A DNA stretch of 64,000 nt from an uncultured Nitrospiraceae bacterium (GTDB lineage: Bacteria; Nitrospirota; Thermodesulfovibrionia; Thermodesulfovibrionales; Dissulfurispiraceae). Positions 1 through 9,616 of this stretch are shown here, piece after piece; position 1 is the stretch's first letter, and every line of letters starts with the position of its first letter. The stretch spans positions 1,376,001-1,440,000 of the forward strand of contig CAVSHF010000003.1 of assembly GCA_963727805.1 (NCBI GenBank). The letters run 5' to 3'. The notes beneath the pieces were generated by a model, which worked only from the letters and a program-made list of their open reading frames with translations, had not been told where the DNA came from and ran no database searches. A program made the translations under genes and the position numbers.

Positions 1-1265
1 TTTAAACCAAAGTTTTTAACAAACGCGACAGCGGGTGGCGCGTCGTAATACCGGTTGATAACAACAAGCTTAAGGATATCCCGCTGAGGGTCTGATCGGG
101 CAAAGCCACCGTTGATATAAGGAGAAGCGCGGAGTTTCCCGGTAGTCAGACTGCCATCGAGAACCTGTATCACATTCGCCATCCAGCCCGATGCCTTCAC
201 AGTAAAGTCATCCGCAATTTTTGCGCTTACATTGAAATTATTCGGCGCCATCGATGGCAGATTGACGAAAAACGTCTCCCCATTTTCCGCCACTAGTTCT
301 CCGTTAATATATGTCTGCCGAACAGAGAAATTTTCGAGGTTATCAACCACCAGAAAATCGGCGGGGTCGCCCTTTTGCAGTAGCCCTACACCCAGACCGT
401 AATGCTTCACCGGGTTGACACTGGCACATCTGAAAACCTTTAAAGGATCGATGTGGCGCTCCAGCGCCCTATGGACATGCTCATTAATATGCCCCTTCAC
501 CAGATCATCGGGATGCTTATCGTCGCTGCAAAACATACAACCGCGGTGGTTTTCGCGAAGCAGATCAATAAGATCATCAAAGTTTTTTGCAGCAGAGCCT
601 TCACGAATTTGGATCTTCATTCCTTTTTTGAGTTTTTCGCGCGCCTCTTCCCTGTCGCCGACTTCGTGGTCGGTAGTAACGCCGGCATCTATGTACTTCG
701 AAAGAGTTTCGCCTCTTAGTCCGGGGGCATGACCGTCCACACATTTCCTGAATTGTTTCGCAAGGGCTATCTTCGCCATGACATCCCGGTCTTCATTTAT
801 TACAGCTGTATAATTCATGACCTCGCCCAGGAATTTGATTTCATCCCTCGCTAAAAGACCTTCGACTTCTTTCACGCCAATTGTCGCGCCTGAAGTCTCA
901 AAGCGGGTGGTTGGAACACACGAGGGGGCACCAAAATAGAACTTAAAAGACTGTTTTTTACTATTTTCTATCATAAAGTCTACGCCTTCTATCCCCATTA
1001 CGTTGGCTATTTCGTGTGGATCGGCAACAGCAGCAACGGTGCCATGTCCCACCGCTATACGGGCAAATTCAGAGGGCACAAGCATAGAGCTTTCTATATG
1101 TACATGGGAGTCAACAAGTCCGGGGACGATGTAAGAACTGCACCTGCTGTACTCTTTGTTAATATCGATAATCCTGCCGTTTTTTATCAGCAGTGTTCCA
1201 GCATAAATAGAGTTGTTAAGAACATCGACGATATTACCCGATACCCTGTACACTTCCTCAGACAC
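1..1265 (-). CDS. ade: Adenine deaminase (3' end runs off the window)
   Basis: Not in the ORF track; translated by hand from GTG at 1265: MSEEVYRVSGNIVDV...PGLVDSHVHIESSMLVPSEFARIAVGHGTVAAVADPHEIANVMG, the AdeC HxHIESS and DPHEIANV motifs. Confidence 0.92.
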   Translation of the reverse strand, partial: MSEEVYRVSGNIVDVLNNSIYAGTLLIKNGRIIDINKEYSRCSSYIVPGLVDSHVHIESSMLVPSEFARIAVGHGTVAAVADPHEIANVMGIEGVDFMIENSKKQSFKFYFGAPSCVPTTRFETSGATIGVKEVEGLLARDEIKFLGEVMNYTAVINEDRDVMAKIALAKQFRKCVDGHAPGLRGETLSKYIDAGVTTDHEVGDREEAREKLKKGMKIQIREGSAAKNFDDLIDLLRENHRGCMFCSDDKHPDDLVKGHINEHVHRALERHIDPLKVFRCASVNPVKHYGLGVGLLQKGDPADFLVVDNLENFSVRQTYINGELVAENGETFFVNLPSMAPNNFNVSAKIADDFTVKASGWMANVIQVLDGSLTTGKLRASPYINGGFARSDPQRDILKLVVINRYYDAPPAVAFVKNFGL

Positions 1266-1268
1266 TAC

Positions 1269-2066
1269 TCACCGCCGTCCTTCATCTGGGATGTGTTCGC
1301 CGCAGAAAGTATAAGCCTTTTGCGATTTTTCGGCAAACGCAGCTGCTTTGAGCGGCCTGGCAAGAATGTATCCGATATGAGCATCTATAAGGTGCGCCAT
1401 TTCCAAAATCAGCGGCCTCGGGGCTTTTACCCTGTCGATATTCGCAAAACACCACTGTACGATGCTGCCATAAAATTTCAGGGCGCCCCGTGAAAGCGTA
1501 ATCGCCTCCGTACCGTCACCTCTGCATGAGTCACAAATGAGAGACCCTTGAGAGAGGTAGAATCTGCTTTCTGCCCTTTCTGATGTCCTATCCCCACACC
1601 GTCCACAGGCATCGAGCCTGGGCAGATAGCCCACGATACGGAGGAAGCGGATCTTGCAGAAGAGGAAATAGAGATCGTTGTGGTCTCCTGGTTGGAGCTT
1701 CGAGAGCATCCGTAACAGCAGTACGAACATATTCCCGTTGGGCTCCCTTTCAGGCAGAAAATGAACTATCATCTCGAGTATTTCAGCAAGCCGGACAAAA
1801 CATTCATAATCGTCCCTCAGTTGATGAAAAGACATAATAATATCGGATTGAGTCAGCCTCGGCAGGTTGGCATCCTCTTTTCCGATAAAGGATATCTTCG
1901 AATAGGTGAGAGGTTCGAGACTGCTGCCAAACCTGCTCTTGATCTTTCGCGGGCTCTTCGCAAAGGCCTTTAGAAGGCCGTAGTCGCGGGTGAGATAGGT
2001 GACGATGAGATCGGCCTCTCCGAAGACCGAGCTTTTGAGGACTATTCCTTCAGTTCTGCTCAGCAA
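1269..2066 (-). CDS. recO: DNA repair protein RecO
   Basis: N-terminal OB fold (TEGIVLKS..GEADLIVTYLT..G), CxxC...CxxC zinc motif, downstream of era. Confidence 0.95.
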   Translation of the reverse strand: MLSRTEGIVLKSSVFGEADLIVTYLTRDYGLLKAFAKSPRKIKSRFGSSLEPLTYSKISFIGKEDANLPRLTQSDIIMSFHQLRDDYECFVRLAEILEMIVHFLPEREPNGNMFVLLLRMLSKLQPGDHNDLYFLFCKIRFLRIVGYLPRLDACGRCGDRTSERAESRFYLSQGSLICDSCRGDGTEAITLSRGALKFYGSIVQWCFANIDRVKAPRPLILEMAHLIDAHIGYILARPLKAAAFAEKSQKAYTFCGEHIPDEGRR

Positions 2067-2067
2067 A

Positions 2068-2520
2068 CTACATGATGTTGCCGAAGTCTTCCGGCTTGAG
2101 GTTTTTAAGCCATTCCTCGAGCTCGTCGGCCTTCCTGACGTCTAACACGTCTTCTTCCACAAAGATAGGCACCTGCACTCTTAGCGCCACGGCAACCGCA
2201 TCGGAAGGTCTTGAATCTATAGTGATCTCCCGAGTGCCGTCCTTGACATGTATGAGGGCATAGTAAGTATTCTCGATAATTTCGGTGATGACAATGCGTG
2301 ACGCTTTGACATCCAGGGAGTCAAAAACATTCTTTATCAGGTCATGGGTGAGGGGCCTAGGCGTGATCACTTTGCCGAGAGCAAGGGCGATCGAATCGGC
2401 CTCTGGTTTTCCAATCCATATGGGAAGAGTCCCATTGCCGTCGATCTGCTGAAGAAGCAGGATGTACATACCGCTCCTCGGGTCAAAAAGAAGACCCTCC
2501 ACCTTCATTTGTATCAGCAT
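2068..2520 (-). CDS. Bifunctional nuclease family protein (DUF151)
   Basis: LPIWIG..EA, RPLTHDL and IDSRPSDAVAVA motifs. Confidence 0.9.
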   Translation of the reverse strand: MLIQMKVEGLLFDPRSGMYILLLQQIDGNGTLPIWIGKPEADSIALALGKVITPRPLTHDLIKNVFDSLDVKASRIVITEIIENTYYALIHVKDGTREITIDSRPSDAVAVALRVQVPIFVEEDVLDVRKADELEEWLKNLKPEDFGNIM

Positions 2521-3425
2521 TATCGGAACCCCAGTTCTCTTAATGTACGCTCGTCACTGCGCCAGTCTTTCCTGATTTTGACCCACAACTCGAGAAAAAT
2601 CCTTGTTCCCAGGAGACTCTCGATATCGTGCCTGGCCTTTGAGCCGATAGACTTCAGCCGTAAGCCCTGTTTCCCTATTATAATACCCTTTTGCCCTTCT
2701 CTTTCAATATAAATGTTTGCTCTGATAAAGACAACACCATCTTCCCTCTCGGACCATTCATCGATTTCTACAGCCGCTGAATACGGGACTTCTTCCTTGG
2801 TCGCTTCAATAATTTTTTCTCTGATGATCTCCGATGCCATGAAGCGCTCCATCTGGTCTGTGATGACATCATCAGGAAAGAGTTTGGGGCCCTCCGGTAG
2901 ATACTTTATAATAGTCCCGATGAGTTCATCGATGCCATTACTCTTAAGCGCCGATAAAGGGATAATCTCCCTGAACGGATAGAGTTTGCTATAGGCCTCA
3001 ATGACAGGGAGGACTTCCGGCTTCTTGACAATGTCGACCTTATTGAGCAGAAGAAATACCGGCTTCGCGACTGGCTTTATCCTCTCAAGGACGAAGAGGT
3101 CTCCGCTGCCGGGCGCTTGGGGCTCCACCATGAAGAGAACAATGTCGACCTCTTCGAGAGATTCATAGGCCACTCGGTTCATTGCCTCACCGAGCTTTTG
3201 CCGCGGTTTATGAATCCCAGGGGTATCAATGAAAATGATCTGTGCGTTAGAAATGGTTTTTATCCCGGTTATACGGTTTCTAGTGGTCTGCGGTTTCGAC
3301 GTGACAATAGCAATCTTTTCGCCAAGAATGGTATTCAGCAGCGTCGATTTACCAACATTCGGCCTGCCAATGAGTGATACATACCCACTATGGAAATGTT
3401 CGGACTGATTATGCAAGTCGTGCAA
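2520..3425 (-). CDS. era: GTPase Era
   Basis: GRPNVGKST, PQTTR, DTPG, NKVD, C-terminal KH domain (GIIIGKQG). TTG start is uncertain. Confidence 0.96.
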   Translation of the reverse strand: MHDLHNQSEHFHSGYVSLIGRPNVGKSTLLNTILGEKIAIVTSKPQTTRNRITGIKTISNAQIIFIDTPGIHKPRQKLGEAMNRVAYESLEEVDIVLFMVEPQAPGSGDLFVLERIKPVAKPVFLLLNKVDIVKKPEVLPVIEAYSKLYPFREIIPLSALKSNGIDELIGTIIKYLPEGPKLFPDDVITDQMERFMASEIIREKIIEATKEEVPYSAAVEIDEWSEREDGVVFIRANIYIEREGQKGIIIGKQGLRLKSIGSKARHDIESLLGTRIFLELWVKIRKDWRSDERTLRELGFR

Positions 3426-4599
3426 CCGCTTCCCTTATCCGCCCGACAGCCTTATCGATATTCTCCATCGAGGTCGCATAGGAAATTCTTATGTAGTTGT
3501 CGTCTCCGAAGGCTTCGCCGTGAACAAGAGCAACCCTCGCCTCTTCAAGAAGATACAGTGCGAAATCGAGTGACGAAGCTACCTGCCTCGAACCAGTAGT
3601 CTTCCCATAAAGCGATGAAACATTCGGGAAGGCATAAAAGGCACCGGTCGGGTTGAGGCATCTAATCCCCTCAATACTATTCAGGCCGTTAACGAGGAAC
3701 TTCCTCCTCTTGTCGAACTCAGTGCGCATCATACCCACAAAGTCCTGAGGCCCCGTCAGCGCCGCCACCGCTGCCTTCTGGGATATCGAGGCCGGGTTCG
3801 AGGTAGATTGGCTCTGGATATTCGTCATCGCCTTAATGATCTCCTTTGGGCCTGCGGCATAGCCGATACGCCAGCCGGTCATAGCATGGGACTTGGAGAG
3901 TCCGTTAACGACGATCGTCCGCTTCTTTATCTCCTTGCCCAGAGAGGCGATGCTGACGTGTTCAAAACCATCATATACAAGCTTTTCATAAATTTCATCC
4001 GAGATAACATAGATATTGTGTTTAACCGCCATCTCGGCAATAGCTTCGAGGACCTTCTTTTCGTAGATTGACCCTGTGGGGTTTGATGGCGAATTAAGAA
4101 TAAGCGCCTTTGTCTTCTTGGTAATCTTTGATTCGAGGACCTCGGGCCTGAGCATAAACTTGTCTGCTTCATCCGTCTTCACAAAGATAGGGATCGCATC
4201 GTTCAGAAGCGCCTGGTCAGGATAGGAAACCCAGAAAGGGGCGGGGATCAATATCTCATCCCCTGAGCCAAAAAGCGCCTGCGCAATATTATAGAGCGAG
4301 TGTTTAGCCCCGCACGAAACGATAACTTCTTCCTTCGTATAGTCAAGGCCGTTATCATTGCTGAGCTTGCCGATAATCGCGTCCTTGAGAGGGTCAATGC
4401 CACCAACCGGCGTATATTTCGTGAAACCGTCGCGAATAGCCTTGATCGCAGCTTCTTTGATATGATCAGGAGTGTCGAAGTCGGGCTCGCCCACCCCGAA
4501 GTTTACGATATCGATCCCTTCAGCCTTCATAGCCTTAGCCTTTGAGTCCATGGCAAGCGTTGCCGATGGCTTGATCTTTCCTACCCTTTCAGCCAGCAT
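3409..4599 (-). CDS. aspC: PLP-dependent aminotransferase class I/II (aspartate aminotransferase)
   Basis: GEPDF, NSPSNPTG, SDEIY, SKSHAMTGWRIG. Start moved to ATG 4599 after an AGGAGG SD. Confidence 0.88.
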   Translation of the reverse strand: MLAERVGKIKPSATLAMDSKAKAMKAEGIDIVNFGVGEPDFDTPDHIKEAAIKAIRDGFTKYTPVGGIDPLKDAIIGKLSNDNGLDYTKEEVIVSCGAKHSLYNIAQALFGSGDEILIPAPFWVSYPDQALLNDAIPIFVKTDEADKFMLRPEVLESKITKKTKALILNSPSNPTGSIYEKKVLEAIAEMAVKHNIYVISDEIYEKLVYDGFEHVSIASLGKEIKKRTIVVNGLSKSHAMTGWRIGYAAGPKEIIKAMTNIQSQSTSNPASISQKAAVAALTGPQDFVGMMRTEFDKRRKFLVNGLNSIEGIRCLNPTGAFYAFPNVSSLYGKTTGSRQVASSLDFALYLLEEARVALVHGEAFGDDNYIRISYATSMENIDKAVGRIREAVARLA

Positions 4600-4800
4600 C
4601 AGAATTTCCTCCTTAGTGACGATATCAACATACGATGCAGCAGTCATTTATTATACCCCATCTCCCGGGAAGTTCATAATTTTGATTGCCGCCCTCTTTA
4701 CCCTTCTATGAAGGGAGGGAATAAGATAATCTGTTATTCATCGGTGGAGAGGACTGGGGTAGCGTCTCTTTTCGGCTCAATGCAAGACGAGTAAACTCTC

Positions 4801-5907
4801 TTACAGATACTTTCTTTTTGCCCTGCTACCCAGAGAGGTGAGAATTTCGTAGGGGATGGTCCCGATTCTTCGGGCAAGATCATCAGCGCCGATCGATTCA
4901 GAACCCTGTCTACCCATAATGATAGCTTCATCGCATTCAGTGACGTCTTCGACATCGGTCAGATCAATCATGGTAAGGTCCATACAGACCCTGCCCACGA
5001 CTGGTGCACGTTTACCTCTCACAAGGACTTCGGCATTATTCGAGAACCTCGTGCTAAACCCATCAGCATAACCGACGGCGATAACTCCAATCAGGCTCTC
5101 TCGCTTGGTAACAAAGGTCCTCGCATAGCTGATGGGCGTGCCAGCGCCAAGTCGCCTGAGAGAAATGAATCTCGCCTTCACTGTCATGACCGGAACAAGG
5201 TCCGGCTTCAGACTACTGGCTTTCGAGTTCTGCAGAGGCGAGTAGCCATACAGCATTATTCCCGGTCGAACAGCGTCGAGGTGAGATTCAGGGATGCTTA
5301 GCACCGCCGCGCTGTTGGCGATATGAAATAATTTTATCTCAAGTCCGTTTTGAAACAACTCAGCTCTCAAATTAGTGAAGGAATCAATCTGGAGCTTCGC
5401 GAAAGAAGGGTCCGCAAGATCAGCCTCGGAGAAATGGCTCATAATCCCTTCGATACTGATACCCTTACTGGTTGCAATATCAAGAATAGCCCTTGCGGGG
5501 TGATCGGCGAGTCCGAGCCTTCCCATGCCAGTGTCAACCTTGATATGGACAGGAATTCTGACTCCCCTCTTCTCGGTCTCCTTGGCTATGCAGTGTGCCG
5601 ATCTTATATCGCTCAGCACAGGGATAAGGTTATATTTCAGAACATCATCGATATCGGGATCGAAGAGGACAAGAATAGGGGCCTTAATTCCCGCTTCGCG
5701 CAGCTTTCGGGCCTCTTCGGTAAATGCCACCGCAAGGTAGTCTGCGCCGGCCCGGACAAGCGTCCTCGAAACCTCAATGGCACCATGACCGTAAGCATCG
5801 GCCTTGACGATCGCGATGACTGCTCCATTGCGGGAAAATGCCTTAACCGCATGGAGGTTTTCGGAGACTGCACCCAGATCTATTTCTGCTACAACGCCCC
5901 TGTGCAT
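4801..5907 (-). CDS. alr: Alanine racemase
   Basis: VKADAYGHG (PLP lysine), KVDTGMGRLG, GRVCMD, IPYE. Confidence 0.96.
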   Translation of the reverse strand: MHRGVVAEIDLGAVSENLHAVKAFSRNGAVIAIVKADAYGHGAIEVSRTLVRAGADYLAVAFTEEARKLREAGIKAPILVLFDPDIDDVLKYNLIPVLSDIRSAHCIAKETEKRGVRIPVHIKVDTGMGRLGLADHPARAILDIATSKGISIEGIMSHFSEADLADPSFAKLQIDSFTNLRAELFQNGLEIKLFHIANSAAVLSIPESHLDAVRPGIMLYGYSPLQNSKASSLKPDLVPVMTVKARFISLRRLGAGTPISYARTFVTKRESLIGVIAVGYADGFSTRFSNNAEVLVRGKRAPVVGRVCMDLTMIDLTDVEDVTECDEAIIMGRQGSESIGADDLARRIGTIPYEILTSLGSRAKRKYL

Positions 5908-5922
5908 ACTTATGACTGCATC

Positions 5923-6123
5923 CTATTTCTTTTCTTCTTCCTTGGCCTTATCGACTGGCTTCTTTGGTGTTACATCTACTTCGTCCGGCTCATTAACTGC
6001 CTTTTTGAAATTCCTGATCGCCTCGCCGATGCCTTTTCCAATCTGTGGCAGTCGCGCACCGCCGTAGAGAACCACGACGATGCCAAGTATGATTAACAGT
6101 TCCTGCGTTCCGAGACCAAACAT
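5923..6123 (-). CDS. tatA: Twin-arginine translocase TatA/TatE subunit
   Basis: MFGLGTQELLIIL..YGGARLPQIGKGIGEAIRNFKK; GGAGG SD. Confidence 0.93.
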   Translation of the reverse strand: MFGLGTQELLIILGIVVVLYGGARLPQIGKGIGEAIRNFKKAVNEPDEVDVTPKKPVDKAKEEEKK

Positions 6124-6189
6124 GTATAACCTCCTCTCTCCTCGATAATTCCAATCCCCAGAAACTAAACAGCGACTATCCTTTGTGTG

Positions 6190-6846
6190 TCAGAGCCTGC
6201 CTTTACTGCCTATTATAATTTCATAATCGTCCACCGTATTGATATTAACAAAGGACTTACCCTCCGGATCCACCAGCCTCACGTCTGTCTCATCAACAAA
6301 ATACACCCTTATTTCCTTCAAAAACTGTCTGAGTGACACTTTATCATTGAGAATCCCTTGTTCGAGGGCTGGAAGGACTGTGTTACAGTACACCCCCAAA
6401 AGAGGCTGGGGTTCACTGTTGAAGACCGGAACCACCCCATCAATATGACCTCTATGTGATTGCTCGTTGTATTTTTCGCAAACAAGACGTATGACCCTGG
6501 CATCAAGAAAAGGCATGTCGCAAGCACTCACAAAAATTGATGGATCACGGGAATTAATCAATGAGGTATAAATACCGGCCATGGGCCCCCGGGACGGCAA
6601 CATGTCTCCTACTAACGGTACCCCGAGATAGAAATATGCTTCGGGCATGTTTGTGCTTATCAGAACATCCCGGAACAGCGTTCTCATCAGTGCGAGGTCT
6701 CTCTCAATGATGGGAATGCCTTTTATTCTAATAAATCCCTTTTGGATCGGAAATCTCGTGTTCTGACCACCGGCAAGAATTACGCCGGTAATTCCCTTTA
6801 TCTTTTGATTCTCCGCTCTGTCCATTGTTACTTCTGTTGCTATCAC
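6190..6846 (-). CDS. mobA: Molybdenum cofactor guanylyltransferase
   Basis: GVILAGG, GPMAGI, ACDMPF, NINT motifs. Confidence 0.9.
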   Translation of the reverse strand: MIATEVTMDRAENQKIKGITGVILAGGQNTRFPIQKGFIRIKGIPIIERDLALMRTLFRDVLISTNMPEAYFYLGVPLVGDMLPSRGPMAGIYTSLINSRDPSIFVSACDMPFLDARVIRLVCEKYNEQSHRGHIDGVVPVFNSEPQPLLGVYCNTVLPALEQGILNDKVSLRQFLKEIRVYFVDETDVRLVDPEGKSFVNINTVDDYEIIIGSKGRL

Positions 6847-7646
6847 TTGATGATGATCCCGGCATACCCAACGACACGGTCAAAATCACCGCTCACCTCT
6901 CCAGAGGTCGAATATTTGATCAGCCTTGCTCCGCCAGCGCCTAATCCAAGAGCCGCATAGAGCATGACAGTCGCTGGAATGAAGCCGCACATGGATATCC
7001 CCTCCCTCAGGACGATGGAATAGAGGCCTTCGGGGTTAAGGTCGAGCACTTCTTTCATAGCGAGATTGTCAAGCTTCCGTGCAACTGCGTCTGGTTCGTA
7101 ATGGCTCATGTCCGAGCTCGCTACGATCACTACATCGTATTGGGCCTCTCTTACTGCCTCGGCGATTCCCTTACCCGCTGCAGCACACTCTTCGAGCGAA
7201 GCCCGCATTATCGAAATCGGCAGGATACGACACTCGTCAGAAAAGTAGGCTATAAAAGGAAGCTGCACTTCGAGGGAATGCTCGTATTTATGGGCCTGCG
7301 TGTCTTCAACGATGAGGGGAACCTTTTCTTTTATCCTACGTCCTAGTTCCTCGTCTACTTCAAAAGTCGCCGACGGGATTTCCCATTCACCCGAACTCAT
7401 TATGGACAAGGGGGCACCAAGCCCCGTATGATTGGGGCCAAGAAGTATGAAAGTCTTGGGAAAGCGTATTGCAGAGTAGACTGCACCTGCCACAGGCCCA
7501 GAATACATGAGGCCCGCATGCGGTGAGAGTATGGCGATTGCCTTTTCTCGCTCAGTATTTTTAATAATATATTGCCCGACTTGGTTCTTAAGCCGTACGG
7601 CATTCGCATCATAGAACTGCCCGGCAACCGCCGGCAACCGCTTCAT
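6843..7646 (-). CDS. amrB: AmmeMemoRadiSam system protein B (MEMO1 family)
   Basis: RLPAVAGQFY, PHAG..YSG, GPNH, EHSLEVQLPF, SSDMSHY, CG, VVGYA. ATG overlaps the dnaB stop (TGATG). Confidence 0.9.
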   Translation of the reverse strand: MKRLPAVAGQFYDANAVRLKNQVGQYIIKNTEREKAIAILSPHAGLMYSGPVAGAVYSAIRFPKTFILLGPNHTGLGAPLSIMSSGEWEIPSATFEVDEELGRRIKEKVPLIVEDTQAHKYEHSLEVQLPFIAYFSDECRILPISIMRASLEECAAAGKGIAEAVREAQYDVVIVASSDMSHYEPDAVARKLDNLAMKEVLDLNPEGLYSIVLREGISMCGFIPATVMLYAALGLGAGGARLIKYSTSGEVSGDFDRVVGYAGIIIK

Positions 7647-9016
7647 CAGTAAACCTCGACTTCCTGCTCGTAAGTCAGACCGGAATGGTCGTGAAACTTC
7701 GTACACGCAGCTTCAAATGAGAGTTTCACCGTACCTGTCGGGCCGTTTCTCTGCTTGGCAACATGGATTTCTGCCGTACCCCGGTTATTCGGACTGTTTT
7801 TATTGTAGACCTCGTCCCGGTAAAGAAAGATAATCACGTCGGCATCCTGCTCGATGGCGCCTGATTCCCTAAGGTCAGCGAGGGTCGGTATCTTTTCATG
7901 CCTCGATTCGACGCTGCGGTTGAGTTGGCTGAGGGCGATCACAGGTACTCTTAGTTCCTTGGCGAGCGCCTTGAGAGACCGCGATATCTCGGATATCTCC
8001 TGCTCGCGTCTCTCAAAATTTCCCCGGCTTCTCATCAGCTGGAGATAGTCGACCACTACAAGGCCGATCCCTCCGTGCTCCATCTTGAGTCTCCGGGCCT
8101 TTGCGCGTATTTCAAGGACTGTAAGGGCGGAAGAGTCATCTATGAAAATGGGGGCATCGGCGAGCCTCCCCGCTGCGCTGGTGAGTTTCGGCCAGTCCTC
8201 CTTCCCGATGAATCCCTTTCTCACACGGGCGGAATCGACCATACTCTCTGAGCAGAGCATTCTCATAACGAGCTGTTCCTTCGACATTTCGAGACTGAAT
8301 ATCGCAACAGGCTCCTTCATATGCATGGCTGTATGCTGCGCTATGTTGAGGGCAAAAGCAGTCTTTCCCATACCGGGCCTGCCGCCTATAATGATCAGGT
8401 CGCTCGGCTGAAAGCCTGAGGTGAGTTCGTCGAGGTCTTTGAACCCCGAGGCGACACCGGTAATGGCCTCTTTTTTGTCATAGAGATGCTCGATCATCTT
8501 AAAGGTGTCTTTGATGACATCCTTCATGCTCGCAAAAGAGGTCTTCGTCCTCTGTTCCGCGATTTCGAAGATCATTCTTTCAGCATTGTCAACAATCTCA
8601 TCAGCATCGGAACTGTTTTCATAGACCCTTGCAGTGATATTCGTAGCAGTCCTGATAAGGTTGCGCAACAGGGCCTTTTCCCTCACGATTCTGGCATGAT
8701 ACTTGATATTTGCTGAGGTTGGGACGCTATCTGCGAGTGTGGAAAGATAGGAAACCCCTCCGACAGTGTCGAGATCGCCGCTCTTCCGCAAGTAATCCGC
8801 AACGGTGACAATATCGACAGGCTCGTTCTTTTCGAAGAGGTCAAGGATAGCCCGGTAAAGCCGCCGGTGCGACTCCCGGTAAAAGTCATCCTGCTCAAGT
8901 ATCTCAAGCGACTTCGGCAAGGCCTCGTTGTCGAGGATAATGGCACCGAGCACCGCCTGCTCCGCCTCGATGTTCTGAGGAGGCAGCTTATCGATTGTCA
9001 GGTCCGCTTGTTTCAC
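7646..9016 (-). CDS. dnaB: Replicative DNA helicase
   Basis: PPQNIEAEQAVLG, GRPGMGKT, VVDYLQLM, LSQLNR, DLRESGAIEQDAD, KQRNGP; no intein. Confidence 0.98.
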   Translation of the reverse strand: MKQADLTIDKLPPQNIEAEQAVLGAIILDNEALPKSLEILEQDDFYRESHRRLYRAILDLFEKNEPVDIVTVADYLRKSGDLDTVGGVSYLSTLADSVPTSANIKYHARIVREKALLRNLIRTATNITARVYENSSDADEIVDNAERMIFEIAEQRTKTSFASMKDVIKDTFKMIEHLYDKKEAITGVASGFKDLDELTSGFQPSDLIIIGGRPGMGKTAFALNIAQHTAMHMKEPVAIFSLEMSKEQLVMRMLCSESMVDSARVRKGFIGKEDWPKLTSAAGRLADAPIFIDDSSALTVLEIRAKARRLKMEHGGIGLVVVDYLQLMRSRGNFERREQEISEISRSLKALAKELRVPVIALSQLNRSVESRHEKIPTLADLRESGAIEQDADVIIFLYRDEVYNKNSPNNRGTAEIHVAKQRNGPTGTVKLSFEAACTKFHDHSGLTYEQEVEVY

Positions 9017-9059
9017 TTCAAGATACCGGAATCAGTTTTAAATAAATACGTCAACTGCC

Positions 9060-9503
9060 CTATTCGGGCACCACCTGCACGTTAAGCTGGGCAGAAACTT
9101 CCGAATGAAGCTTTATCGCTACCGTGTATTCGCCAATTCTCTTGATTGGTTCGTCGAGTTGGATCTTTTTCTTGTCGATTTCGATCCCTTCGGCCTTGAG
9201 AGCATCGGCGATGTCCATGGAAGTCACTGAACCAAAAAGCTTATCTTCCTCTCCAGCCTTGGCCTTTATGGTTATTTTCGCCGCGGAGATCTTCTCCGCA
9301 AGTCCTGCGGCTCCAGACTTCACCTTCCTGGCCATCTCATGTATCTTCTTCTTTTCATGTTCGAATACCTTAACATTCTTCGTACTTGCCTCTACAGCAA
9401 GCCCTTGAGGGACCAAAAAGTTCCTTGCAAAGCCATCCTTTACATTAACGACCTCGCCGACATGGCCAAGGTCTTTCACATCAGTCTTGAGAATAACCTT
9501 CAT
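9060..9503 (-). CDS. rplI: 50S ribosomal protein L9
   Basis: MKVIL..DV..LG..GEVVNVKDGFARNFL, KLFGSVT. Confidence 0.98.
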   Translation of the reverse strand: MKVILKTDVKDLGHVGEVVNVKDGFARNFLVPQGLAVEASTKNVKVFEHEKKKIHEMARKVKSGAAGLAEKISAAKITIKAKAGEEDKLFGSVTSMDIADALKAEGIEIDKKKIQLDEPIKRIGEYTVAIKLHSEVSAQLNVQVVPE

Positions 9504-9616
9504 ATAAAGCTCTCCTTACAATGATTGATTTTCGATGAATGTAATAGTATACCTAATTGCTTCATGAAATGTTAATATAGGGACTATTAATACTTTAAGG
9601 TCCAGCAGGACCGAGA

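Noticed and set aside
1269..1271. In-frame TGA as a possible selenocysteine codon
   Set aside because: It falls between two complete unrelated proteins, not at a catalytic Cys position, and no SECIS-like hairpin is evident.
4730..4790. TTATTCATCGGTGGAGAGGACTGG resembles the start of a SAM-I riboswitch
   Set aside because: Opposite strand to the flanking genes, and the downstream GCAACC/GTGC core elements are absent.
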